Shown: positions 11,001-23,831 of the stretch, in pieces | Layout: every line of letters starts with the position of its first letter | Position numbering within the stretch: the stretch's first letter is position 1 | Source of the DNA: Tubulanus polymorphus | Lineage: Eukaryota; Animalia; Nemertea | Assembly: GCF_964204645.1 (NCBI RefSeq) | Contig: NC_134028.1 | Coordinates: 19,165,653-19,229,652 of the forward strand | DNA: 64,000 nucleotides | Reading direction: 5' to 3' | Position numbers and translations under genes: made by a program | The notes under the pieces: generated by a model | What the model saw: only the letters and a program-made list of their open reading frames with translations | Database searches by the model: none | Told to the model about the DNA's origin: nothing

Positions 11001-14000
11001 CCAGGAGCATGTAGCTCCTCACTACCATCACTTTCAACCCAACAACCGTAGAGAACAAACGCCCACCATTATTGTGCCGGAAAAAGCCTTTACTGCTGAG
11101 ATGCAGGTGAATTTCAATCGATTGTCTGCTGTTGCTAAAGGGTTCCTTACAAGACGATTGCTAGCCTCTGAAAAAGTTCAGGCTTTAGTGAAAACTGTTA
11201 AAGTAAGTTATTAATGATGACGCGCATATATCTTAAAAGTTCAATCCCTCAATTTACCCGTTGTAAAAGACAGGGAGATGTACGTGGGGTTGTCACATTC
11301 TAGTTTGTTGGTGGCTGAATTTATTTTGATACCTCTGATTTATTCAACAGGATACTGCGCAATTTGCTATAACATTTCAATCAGAGACTCCTATAAAACG
11401 TGGTATATATTCATCGCAGGATGTTACATTGCAAGAGAGAGTCATTGCACAGGTATGTATGTTAAATTGATGAAACCTACACAAAAATGAGATCTAAAAT
11501 AAAAAGGAACATTAATGGTTAGATTATCACTATTCACAGCGATTGCGTTTGTGTGTGTATATTTTGACCTAAGATTGGTTTTGTATCCGTAACTATCGTA
11601 TTTACCGCAAAAAGTAAACTATAATTTGCAAACCCAGCACAATCATAGTTGCAGTTTTTATTGAATGCTGGCGCTGGCGTATTGCGTGATGCACCCGTCA
11701 GTAACAAACAGTCGCTTGCTGTCGACATCAGCTGACAAAGTTTGTCGATGTCTTGGCTGCAGATGCACATGACCCAAATTTGCGCTAGGGAGGTTAGGCC
11801 TACATCGTTGTCATCATCATCATCAATTGATGGATCCATCGAAGGCTCGACAGCCTATTTTTATCTGCTTTGATGTCTCACTTCGTTGCCGTACGGCAGT
11901 AACCCAGCTTTTCGCTTGGAAAATCAGCATGATTTATCTTAATCAATTTCGCTTTCAAGAAACGATTTACCCGTGTGTCGTACTAGTAATATACCTGATT
12001 ACAGATTCTCAGAAAGTCAAAAATAAAAACTAACTTGTCCGAGGCATTAAAAAGGTTTTTCGAAATATTCATGATTTACTCTGTCAGTGGCACTTTTTAC
12101 ATGTCTACAGCATGTCTTGTACGCAGGATACCTTATCTCATGCAACAGATAAGTTCCTTGCTACAATAGTTTAATAACGCTCTAGAGACGAATTATATTT
12201 TGTGATTTATTTGATAATAATCCTTAAATTCATTAATTTCATTTTCTGAACCACCTAACTGGATTTAATTATGATAATTTAATTATGATTAGTTATTTAA
12301 TCATAATCAAGGATTAATTATGCTCTGTGAAAACTGGCCCCTGAAATTGATTTAGGTAAGCAGTGTAGTTTTAACATGGTCAACCATTATATCATCGTTG
12401 CCTGCAGTATGTGTAGTGTTACTTTTTTTTGTAGTTGAGAGCCGCATTACTGGAAATTCATGACATATTCTTCACCATCCCAATTTCACAGAGGATGTCA
12501 TATATAGCATTGACTCGAGAATTAGAGCAAGAAAGGCGCTTTAGAGAAATGGTATGTATTGATAAAGATTTCAGCAGAAGAATTTATAATATTTCCATAT
12601 TATATTGGTACACATTTTTGTTACCGCAACCAATTGCAAAATTATAGTTCATGACAAGTTCCTTACATTAATGATTTTGGTGAGTTTCAAGGTTATTGGT
12701 TACCATCTATGTTCACCAGGGGGCACTGAATATTGAAGTTATCTGATTGTTGAGCATTTCCAGGGATAAGAATTCCCTGTGGTGGGCTGTGAGTTTCTGT
12801 ACCAAAAAATAACATTTTTCTGATTAGTCAAAAAATAATGAAAAAGTTAGGGGGGTGGCAGGCCTCAAATTTAGGCAATTATGACCTACAGCATTTTCTA
12901 GCATAGAATGCTGTGGGTGGGCACAGCAACCCACAGCAATATTTAAAAACCTACTGCAGTTTTTAGCCCACTTGGGACTTTAGTCCAAGCGGGCTATTGC
13001 GTTCACTTTTCGTTAGTCCGTCCGTCCATCCGTAGACGGAATCCAGTTATTTTGGGAAGTTTTTGAACATTTTGAGGGAAATTTTGAAGACACATGGATC
13101 AATTATCTTGATCTTTCATTTATATTTGAATCCCCCCAGGGCCCATGGGCATAACAAAAATTGGGTCGATAGGACTCAAGATTATTTTGAGGCCTGGGGT
13201 TGATGTCACTAACCTGGTCCACTGCCATTTATAAGTGGGTTTGTCTGGCACGATCGGGATAAGTAATCGGGGCTAACTTAAAAAGTGTTCAGTGCCTGTT
13301 TTACTCATTACCCCTTCAGCTAGGGTGGGTATGTAAGTCAAAAACAGCAAATTAGTGCAGGATGAATTACAGCAGGTTGATGTTCGCCGATTTCAAAACC
13401 ACTTTCCAAGTGGCATGGTGTCCTGGGCGCGTAGTTGTTTTATTGGTAAAATTAATGCTGTCCTGGTTGTGATGGATTATCAAAAGTACATTAAACATAT
13501 ATAGTTAGATCATTTTTGAGAAGAGAAAAGAGTATATGTGAGTTAAGTAGAGTAATAGAGTGAGAGACAGGCTCAGTCACAGTAAAAACTCATGCATATA
13601 TTACATGTGAAAATTTAGATGTAGTTGCTATTCGTATTTGAAATTGCTTTTGTATTTGTAGGACTCGCGTAGATCCAGCACAGGTGGACAGTCTCTTACT
13701 AGGAAAGTCAGTTCTGCTACCCTGAAAGCTATAGAACGAAAAAAGCGTGCCAAGTAAGATGCTTTAATACAATGAATGAAAATCTATTAAGGGGCATTGT
13801 TCGTTGAACCTGGCCTTACTCTGCTAATTAGTTTCATGATTATCAGGCCAGCCGTAGGCTGAGCCTATTACTATACAAATTGAGCGAATTTAAATGACAT
13901 GGTTTCCGGAGGTAAGGCCTTTTTGACTAAGCAACTGAGCATATACTCATACAAATCATCATTAAAGCATTATCCATTCTCCAAATCCTAACGAGCTGCA

Positions 14001-17000
14001 TTTTGAAAAAGAGCCTCATTTAAAATTTCACGAACTTTGTTGCGAAAATCTGAACGCAAAAATATCGGTTTTCAAGCTAATCAGAAAGCAATGACTCCTC
14101 TATGGTTGGCTAGTCGCAGAATTTCAAGATTGATTTCTGTGAAATCTTTAAGTTGATTTAGTTTTTGGGAGGAAAATTTTTATTTACACTACAGAAAATC
14201 TCATTGACAATTATCAAAGTGCGGGGAAAATAGCTCTTTCTCAAATTGCAAGGATGACCTTGATATGCTAATTGGTCATGTGCTCAAACTGGAAATTCAA
14301 TCAAATTTTATTCTGCCAAAAAAATTAAATCCAATTCAATTTCACTGTATTGAACAAATAAATTTATTTGTTCATTTACTTATAGCGTCGTTATGAAGGA
14401 AATCGCTTAGAAGCTATCTCTTGCATCAAATTTTCAAAATTGTCTTGGGAAGGGCCTCAGACCTGCGTTCACTTCTATCCAAATTAAAAACGAATCCACA
14501 TGGATATTCCTTATGCAAGGGGCCTGTGAGACTAAGATAGGCCCAAATTACATAAGAGTTCACTCCTCAAAAAACCCATCTGATATGTAAAAGACCCCAT
14601 AAATGCTAAACGGTATTTATGATTGTGATTGTTAAAAACTTGATAAGCACAGGTGAGAAATACCTCATTGAAGATTTGTATGTTTTATTTATTTTAGGGC
14701 TGCTGAAGAAGCAATGATTGCCAATATAAGACCTAAAACAGCTCCCATCACTTCTCCAACTCCTGCAACCACCAGGGAAATCACCAATCGCTCTAATGAT
14801 ATTGATCTAAGGTCGGTGTTATTTTCAAGACACTCAAAATAGAGATTGGATATTGTGAATTAGATTTTGATTACATTTTGAAATTACTCATACATCTGTA
14901 TATTGTTTGAGGGTAGAGAATGTAATTTGTGTAAAAGGTGGACTACGTTGATAATTTGAATAAAATCTAGCACTTTTTACTGCGTCTACCCTAGTACGCT
15001 TTATATTCGCTTGTATTCAATGGCTTGCTTCTGAGGTGTTAATTAGTCAAAATCTCTACTAAAAGATTGTAGCAACTATCGAACATTATAAAATGTTTGA
15101 ATTCACCATTTCGGATGGCTCGGGATCATCGTTACGGATGCAACTGGAAGTTCCTATTTCATACTTCAAGGGATATAACCAGACGTCGTTTTTCTCTCAT
15201 TCATTTTACTTATTTACCTATCAGAATTTGTCTTGAATTCCATTTCTTCCTGTGATTTGATTGTGAAAATACCTTCGGTATGATTTATACATTTTAATCT
15301 GCTACATTAACATTAGAAACTAAAATAGTCTTAATTTTCTAAATATATATTCATCTTGCAAGTTTTCCTTCGATATGAAAATTAATTCAGATAAAATCAT
15401 TATACCAGTCTGGATACGCCCTTGGCTATGCAAACTCTTTCATCGTAATGACAGGACCAGTTAGTCGCTTGCTTACAAGAAGAGTGTCATGCCCACAGTC
15501 TTAGTCACTACTCGTGATCGTCAGCAGTCTTATGCAGTCTGAGGATGTATTGTAGATTATTTAAAAGCTTTTAACTATATTGTTACTTGCATTATATTGC
15601 TAAATCTCGGAGTATTTATGCACCAACAAACTCAAGTGGTCTGTCTAGTTTTTAATCTAGTTTTCAGCCAAAAGTTGAAGAAAAAACAAAAAGTTGGCTA
15701 TTTTGTGAATTTGATCGAAATAATAACATTTGAGTGCAATACAAATTGAGCAAAACCAGAACATGATGCCATCTATATCTGGTCTGCAAGAATGCAATAT
15801 CTGACTCCTCATCTTGCAATAATGGGAGAATGGTACCGAAAGAATTAATAGCCAAATTGGCGTAAGGACATTTGGGGATGTGAAAATGTTAAAGGGTAAA
15901 TCAAGGATGTTGTGGTGGTGGTGGTAACCTGCTAGTCCTGCTTGCAGGTATATTTTTTTCTTTACAGCGGACCAGTTAGACGACAATTTCAATATCTTTT
16001 CAACAGGGCACTAAAACCAATACAGGGACACCAGCCACAAACTCAGCGATCAAACATAGGGACATCTTCAAAACCGGTGAAAGACGATTTCAACAAGTAT
16101 GTCCTTTCTTCTTTTTTTGATTTTTCATTTTGACTTGAGTAGTTGGGTTAAGGGTTTAACCTGAATTTCTGCTCTCCAACTAAAGCTTGTCTCAAAAGTT
16201 TGTTTTGCTTGCTTATATCATCTTTAGATCAGTTGCAAATGAACGGCCGAAGACGGCTCCTGGGAAATCTGCTTCTTCTGTTCATCAAATACCAACACAT
16301 TACAAATCTAAAAAGACTGATAACACAGGTAAAACCTCTTCATCAATTTTGCTATTAGTTATTTGATAAAATTTTGCTTCTCGGCAAGAAGTTTTGCAAA
16401 CTACATTGGGGTTTTTAAGCCCCTAAGGTTTATTTTGTTTACTTTTCGTTCAACCGTAGAATCAAATTACTTTTTGATGGAACATTTCAGAATCATGAGG
16501 GCTGTTTGGTGGCCAAAAAGCAGAATAAAATGACTTAAATTGCTCACCCTTAGTGTGTTCCTGGCTATTCCTTAAAAAATACTTAACAGTCTGATAAGTG
16601 ATTGCCGCTGGGCCAACGCGGTAACATTGATCTAAGCACAACCTCAACCTTGTTACTTGAATAACATTGGAGGCCCTTGTGGGGATAATATAGCTGTAGT
16701 GTCAAAGCCTTTGGGCTTGTTGTTTTTGTTCAAGTTTTCAATCTCGACCTTTAATATAAATATTATATGGCCATTCTGTGACCTTTTTGAGCCAAAAATG
16801 GCCTGAATTCTGAGATGTGTATCTTCATGGTTTGCCATTTTCCATTGAAATTCATGATAGACATATTTTTGGAAGGGATCATGTCAGGCGGGAGTTTAAG
16901 CCCACTTCTGACAGTCTAGCCAGCTAATTCATTCACTTTTCACCCACAGACACAGATCAGATGTTTGCGAAAGTTTTGAAGATGCTTTTTATGCCCCAAC

Positions 17001-18227
17001 TCTGATGATAGTAGGCTATGTAGATTTTGACGCGATGGTTGCAGCACATTTATAAACATCTATAACTACATGTACTGAAATAATTTCACTTAGGATCATG
17101 AAATTTGATGCAGCATAGATTATAGCTAGCAAATTCTGTTAAACATGAAATTAGGTCGCATGCATGCAGTAGAGTAATTTAGTAATTAAATAGAACGATA
17201 ATGCCTAAAAAACCCGTAAATTTTCATATATTTTAAGTTAGATGAACTTTTTGTTGACGTAAAAATCCTAAAATTCCCAAATCTTAAAAGTCAGTATTTG
17301 GTTATGTGGATAGAAAAATTACGGCCTTAATAGAACCGAGCTAGGCAAGTTTCCTGTAGTTGAACCATCTTCCCCAAATCTTAAAAGTCAGTATTTGGTT
17401 ATGTGGATAGAAAAATTACGGCCTTAATAGAACCGAGCTAGGCAAGTTTCCTGTAGTTGAACCATCTTCCCCCAGCAGGGATTCGAACCTGATGGCATCA
17501 AGATTTCCACACTAGACTTAGTGTGCAGCTACATGGCAGCTTAGAGGATGTCATTACGAGCCAATCAGATAGCCTGTTTTATTTTAGCCCAGGTTTTCCC
17601 GTGTATAGTTTTTCCGTGAAGATTAGCCTCAGCGAATACACAACAAGCAATCTGATTGGTGGCGCAAGTTTTCGTGGGACAAACTGCACACGTGGTCTAG
17701 TGTGGCAGGAGTTCCTGCCGTGGCTGAGTGTAGCGATGCCATCACCTGCTGATATTCTCCAAGAAAAGGCCTTCACTAAACAACTGACTAATCTATGATT
17801 GTCAGCACTGTCACGGAACGGGAACCAGGATTATCCCAATAAGGTCAAAATTGAATTGACGGTCGAAGTTATTTTTTTCAATAGGTGCTAATGCATATTT
17901 TGTAGCCTCAATCATTGCAAAGTTTTCGGCTGACATGGTCTATGATTGCACTGACGAGATTCAGCATCATTTATTCAAATTGTCACATAAGTCTTGGCAA
18001 TTATGGTTGCCAAAATCTTGTCAGCTATCCTTCTAACATCTGATTTTACAGTGGGCATGCTGTAGTGTTCGTAACCTATAGACATTTGTATTCTCAATAT
18101 TTTAGGTATGCGCAAGAACCCTAGTGTTAGTAATGCAAATATGAAGAAACACAAGGCAGTTTCAAATAGTGTAACAGTCTCTTCAACTGGGAAACCTTCA
18201 CGTACAAAATTCAGCAGCCAAAGATGA
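8058..18227 (+). CDS. CCP110: Centriolar coiled-coil protein CP110 homologue, 10 coding exons, ~856 aa
   Basis: Exons 8058-8195, 8585-8725, 9688-11202, 11351-11452, 12435-12551, 13662-13753, 14698-14811, 15968(or 16007)-16096, 16228-16328, 18106-18227; all GT-AG and phase-consistent. C-terminal [54 protein letters not shown] matches the CP110 calmodulin-binding region; N-terminal [23 protein letters not shown] matches the CP110 N-terminus. The frame is open back to the acceptor at 7990, so the true start could be upstream. Confidence 0.9.
8894..9612 (+). mobile_element. hAT-like MITE (CAGGGATGAG termini) with 6-bp TSD, copy 1
   Basis: TIRs CAGGGATGAGAA / TTCTCATCCCTG; GAAATC duplicated at 8888-8893 and 9613-9618; ~520 bp shared with 33267-33877. 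Confidence 0.75.
12961..13440 (+). mobile_element. DINE/HINE-like (Helentron-associated) repeat
   Basis: TTTTAGCCCACTTGGGAC..CCAAGCGGGCTA hairpin in a T-run followed by (GTCC)n; related starts at ~8419, 8777, 31106, 42217, 44254 and 57107. Confidence 0.5.
17276..17472 (+). repeat. Perfect 97-bp tandem duplication
   Basis: CCCAAATCTTAAAAGTCAG...GAACCATCTTC occurs at 17276 and 17373. Confidence 0.85.
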
Positions 18228-18482
18228 AAACATCAACCAGGAGAATCGAAAGTCTTCATAGATGAATGACTTAAAACTCTACCAGAATTTTGAAAATGCA
18301 TTTTCTTCCGGATATTGTTTGAGTGTAGATTTTGGCATTACCTCTTATATAACCTCTTGTAGTGTTTTTAGTTAATATACACTGTAGAATAAAACATTCC
18401 ATTTTACATCTGCTTTACATATATATATATATACTGGTACATTGTACAGTAGACTCCTAACCATATATACTGGTACATTGTA

Positions 18483-19661
18483 CAGTAGACTCCTAACCTG
18501 AATCAGTCGGGCCTGGTGAATTTCGTTCGAACATTACTAAGTGTATTCTCCTACTTTGCAAAAACCCTACCGGTATTAAAAATCTGCTCAGCTTCATGTG
18601 AGTGCCAAAGTTCTTTGAAACAACTATTAATTTTACTTTACGCTGCTCACTTGACCCGGGTCAGACATCTGTCAGTGATTGATAAGAATTTACAATGTGA
18701 TGGTGAATGTTGGTGGTAATAAAAAACTGCCAGACTGATAATTAACTTCTGTTAATCTGTATCACTCTACTGCATTTCAATCTGGGCCAGCTGTTTAAAT
18801 CAGTGTCAACTCCACCAATACATGCATTATTAACAATGCTTATATGAGTGTCAATGAGGAATACCGATACCGTCGGGCGGTCCAATTTATATGCATTGTC
18901 CAGGGGCAGATTTAGACCGTGTCGCCCGACACAGTCAGAATTTTAGTGCCTTTTTATTTTTTGCTGTTGCAACCACCTGAGATACACAATAGATATTTTT
19001 CCTAAATATATAACCTGTTTCTTGACTAAATGCCTCTCAGAAATGCTCAGAAAGCTCTTAAATGATAGTAAAATTAAAAAAATTTTGCTGATATGCCTCT
19101 CCGCCAAAAATTAAGAAAATATGCCCTTTTTTCTTGGTCGACATGGTCACAACATGCCCCTGGATCCGCCCCTGTAGTCAATGATAACTGATGAAGGTTT
19201 TTGTTAATGTTACATTCATGTATAGACCGACAACATAGTGATACCATGGTACATTCAAACTCTTAATTAGTCATTGCTCTTGGGACCTTTCAAATTGATA
19301 CGAATTACGTGAGTGAGATCTGAGCTGCACTCGCATCTCATATATGTCGTATGAATTCGCTATATGCACATATGTATGTACAGTGTATATTTACTATGCA
19401 ACTTTATCAAGGTTCCTAAGACTCCTTGATTCCTTGATAACTCCTAAACCAAAAATGTTTAATCAAGGTCCTTAAATATCCGTGAATTTGAACAAAATGC
19501 CCAAAAGTCCTTGAAAACTCCTTGAATTTTGAAAAATTGACAATTAGAAAATTGTTAGGAATTAGGCTTAGTTATGATATATATTTATACACGGATTATC
19601 CACCGAGTTAAATGGTTTACTAAATAAAGATAAACACTACCGATTTAGGAGGAGTCTACAG
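18483..19661. mobile_element. Tc1/mariner-pogo-like MITE with a nested hAT-like MITE (18901-19173)
   Basis: TA|CAGTAGACTCCT...AGGAGTCTACAG|TA; inner CAGGGGCAGAT...ATCCGCCCCTG; a ~36-bp duplication covers the left end. Confidence 0.5.
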
Positions 19662-20546
19662 TAATTGGAATATGAAAATGATGCAGGCACTTCCTTGAAA
19701 ATTTGAATTTTCTCCTTGAAAAGTCCTTGAATTCTGGAATGACTGATCTGTAGGGGCCCTGTTTAAACGCATTTTGAATAGGGAAAGAAACAAGATTTTA
19801 AAGCCTTAGTGATTTTACAAATTGTATGAAAAGATGGCTTACGCTAGTTTGGCTGTACCATGGCAGGATGTAAATGAAATAAGCTTACATGTGTTGCGAT
19901 CAAATTTTCACTGAAGCTTTTTAACCACTTGAATGTAGTTTATAAATTTCTTTACTTTTCATGCATCTTGTATTAAGCCTGAGGTGAATTGAATCAAAGT
20001 ATTTGTGAAGGTTGTGATAGTTGGGTAAGGGTGTTATGGGTTTCCAGGCTGGCCTAGCAAACTCTTGAATACCGATAGTTTATTATTAAAGGTTTGGGAC
20101 AAAATTATGTACAGTACTTAATTAACATTTGGCGCTTACTACATTTGAGCTAGTCACACAATACGGTACAGGTTTAATTGTAGAGCTGGTTCTCTTTACA
20201 AAAGTCTGTTTCAAGGTGTTTGACATTTCTTAATGTTGACATTATTTCGATTGTTTGAGTTAGTTGAATCGACGGTAACTGCTGATTATTTGGGCAATTA
20301 TTAATTTTCTGATCTCTTCTGTCTTCCACGCATGAACATCGTATTTGAAAATTGAAAATATGATTCGTGATTGATAATTTGATTTGTTCATGAAAATTTG
20401 TTGTAAATGCTTTGAAAAAGAACTCAATAAATTTGTTAGACTTGCGAGAAAATATCGATTTCTTTGTTTTTAGGAAAGTAAGATATAAGGCCACTAAAAT
20501 GAATTGTTGGTTCCTCATCGGTTGTGGAAGCCGTGCAGCCACTATA

Positions 20547-21314
20547 CAGTCATACCTCGATTTAACGCCACCCTTGGGGATTCCTGATTTTGGCGGTAAA
20601 TAGAGTATGGCGGTAAATCGGGGTTTATGTCGAGTCACTCAAATAACTAACCTATTATCTGCTCAGTAGGCTACGATGTATATTGATGTGATGAATATCG
20701 AAAAAAATCTGAAAAAAAACATCCTTTTACAATTAAAATCTTTTTACATAATAAACATTGGGGCGCATCATCAGGAAAACATCGTAGGCTATAGAATAGG
20801 TATCAAATCACATGCAACATTTATTGTTCATACTACGATACCAATCGCTGCAGATCGATTCGTAAATAGACACGCCACTGTCCGCCGCCTTATGCATATA
20901 TCGCCGTAAATCACTCTTATTCCATCGTATGGAAAATTGGTCATCTTTATTCCTTCCTTTTATCTTTTACCGTTAGTTCAATTCGTTTCGGTGTCGGTGC
21001 CATCTAATGAAATAGTTTTAATTACCGTACCTTACCGGTGGGATAGACTTGCAACAAAGCGTGGTGATCATCGGATCGATGAACCAGGACATCGGTATCG
21101 TTTCATGGTGGCGTATCGTAATATTATTAAAGATCAAGTTACTCAAAGATGGCAGTAAATCGGGAAATATTGTAATACATTTGTACTAGGAGATTACGTT
21201 GGCTGTGGCGGTATGCGAGGGGCGGTAAATTGGGGTTTTTCCTGTACATTTTAGATACGAATGTTCAGTTTCCAATGAAATCCAGGCAGTAGGCGTTAAA
21301 TCGAGGTATGACTA
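20547..21314. mobile_element. Tc1/mariner-pogo-like MITE
   Basis: TA|CAGTCATACCTCGATTTAACGCC ... GGCGTTAAATCGAGGTATGACTA|TA. Confidence 0.7.
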
Positions 21315-22382
21315 TATCTGAAAAAAAGAAAATTATGAAAAATGCGCGCACCGACCCGCGTCAAATAAAATGTCTAACTCGCTTATAGTCGTCAGATTTT
21401 TAAAGTCGTCTCTATTTTAAATCAGAATGAGTATCTCGAACGTAATCAAACCAAGTCGCCATTTGTTTAAGTCGTCAACATAATAATCATCCCAACTATA
21501 TGATATATGACGACACAGCTGTCCCAAAAACCGTGCATGCTGTTTAATGAGCTGATCCCATGAAGTTTCCTAGAAATTCGATTGAATCAACGGACCTAAT
21601 TTAACACTCAGCCTTGAGTTTAGGACACTCCGACAGATTGAAGGACTTGTTACAATTCACTTCTATGACCTGAAAAAATGAAATGAAACACATCTGGTCA
21701 CTTTGGACACCGGATTTCATTTTTTGGTTCACAATGTTTGTGATAGGGCTCCGCACTTGGAGTTCAAGGTATGACGCGGATCGATCGATCCACACCCTCG
21801 AGGACTTCAAGGTTTGGATGAGGTTCCACACTCGAGGAGTTCATTTCCGTCGAGGCTAACTTTCTGAATGTTTATTTCCATTAATCAAATTACAAATTAC
21901 CGTGTTGCATGTGACTAGAAGTTTTCTGGGTGAGATTTTGATAAAAATTTATTGTAGAATTTTGTCAAACAAATAAATCATCTGTGAATTAGATTCAATA
22001 TACTCTTTCAGTTCTAAGCGACAATTTCAGCTGACGTGAAACATGTTTTCACAATTAAATTGCATTTGATGAATGAGAAATGATGAAATGTGAAAACAGT
22101 TTCTGATTCATGAAAACTGATCCATGAAATCTCGTAAAAGTCCCCTAATATCAAAATATGCAATATTGTTTGTTTCATTGCTGGGTTTTTGTGGACATTT
22201 TTTATAAATTTTAACCTAGAATGCATCTTCAATTCATGAACTGTCAAGAATATTGGCCATACATTACCGAGTACCACGTACGTGGATTCGCTGGGACAGT
22301 AGGCCTATAAAGCAGCAGGGATACTGGATTTACAAATTTTCGCAGAGGTTTCTAATCACCTAGTAACTGTATCGATTCCAGT

Positions 22383-22565
22383 AATAGGGATAATAGGCTT
22401 TCAGGCCAAAGGTCGAAGGGTCGAGCTCGTAAAAAAATGAAAATAACAATAATTTACAGTTGAATTAGTCGCGCACACTCCTAATTCAACTGTAAATTAT
22501 TGTTATTTTCATTTTTTACTCACTCGCCCCTTCAACCTTTAACCTGAAAGCCTATTACCCCTATT
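22383..22565. mobile_element. Hairpin MITE
   Basis: ~85-bp inverted arms (AATAGGGATAATAGGCTTTCAGG / CCTGAAAGCCTATTACCCCTATT) around a ~13-bp loop. Confidence 0.65.
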
Positions 22566-22630
22566 CCTCTTAAAATAATCATATATATATAAACATAATT
22601 TACATGAATAACATTTAAATTGACAGATTA

Positions 22631-22780
22631 ATCATTTCAACTGCCAAACAATTTATCATTTCAACTGTCAAACAATTTATCATTTCAACTGTCAAACAAT
22701 TTATCATTTCAACTGTCAAACAATTTATCATTTCAACTGTCAAACAATTTATCATTTCAACTGCCAAACAATTTATCATT
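22631..22780 (+). repeat. 24-bp minisatellite, ~6 copies (ATCATTTCAACTGYCAAACAATTT)
   Basis: Directly visible tandem units. Confidence 0.9.
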
Positions 22781-23135
22781 TGTACGATAATACATTATCC
22801 GCCTTAATGGTTGTTTGTCTGAAACATTTATACTTGTATCAGACGAGCATTCTAAATCATTTGAAGGTAATTACGGCGCTGTAGTCATGAGAAGAATTCG
22901 TGGAAATGAGCAATTATGAAATAAACTTATGAAACACTCGCTGACCCTTAGTCTGATAAATCGATAATAAGGAGTAATATTAAAGAGTGACATTAAAGGG
23001 TTTTATTATTTTAATTAATAAAAGTTTGTGTGTTTAATTTTGAATGTACTAATGATGATAAAAATATAAATAAGAAAAATGATATTTCGGCTTACATTGT
23101 ATATTACTATTTAGACAAAATTAAATACCGTTCAT

Positions 23136-23831
23136 TGTGGGAATTGTAATCATTGGATAAGTTAAAATAAATGAGTTCGAGGGTTGGAAAAATAGTATGT
23201 AATCTCTTCGGTGCGGTTGAGAAGGAGAGCAGACCGGCAGGTATCATGACGTCGAGGGCCGGGTTAAAGTTAGCAGCGAATGAAAAGTCTAGGAATCAGG
23301 ACCCCAGCTCTGCGTCGTGGTGCTGCGTTGGTTGCTCGTTCCCTTTTACGGCTGGCCGCAAGCAGGGTTCTGGACTTTTCTTGGGTGTGGACGCAGCCGT
23401 ATAAAAGGGGCCGCACCTCGAGAGAGAGCGGACTATTTTAGAAAGCATTTTCAGGGGAAGCACTAGAAGACTATAGAACAGATAACTTTCGGCTATCTGG
23501 TTGAATTGTATCTTCTTGTGTGTGGGATTTGTAACAAAATTCAAAATTAAAAGGTAGGGAATTTTATAAATTGTTGAGACTAAAGTTAAGTTAAAATTGT
23601 TAGAATAAAAGTTGAGTATTATCATATCTAAATCCGGAGTTCCTTTTATTCCTTGGTTTTCGGGTTTCTGTGTTCGTGGTCGACTTTCTCGCCAGGGACC
23701 GGAGTTTGTAATAGAGGAAAAAGACAATAGAGTAAGGGACCGCGGAACAATATACCGAACCCAAACTAACCCGGTGGCACCAATCGACACATCACCAATG
23801 AGGACATCCATCGCGCGGAATATTTCCAACA
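23136..23831 (+). mobile_element. Probable solo LTR
   Basis: TGTGGGAAT...ATTTCCAACA ends, TATAAAAG at ~23400 followed by GAGAGAGAG, AATAAA at ~23605. No TSD found. Confidence 0.45.
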
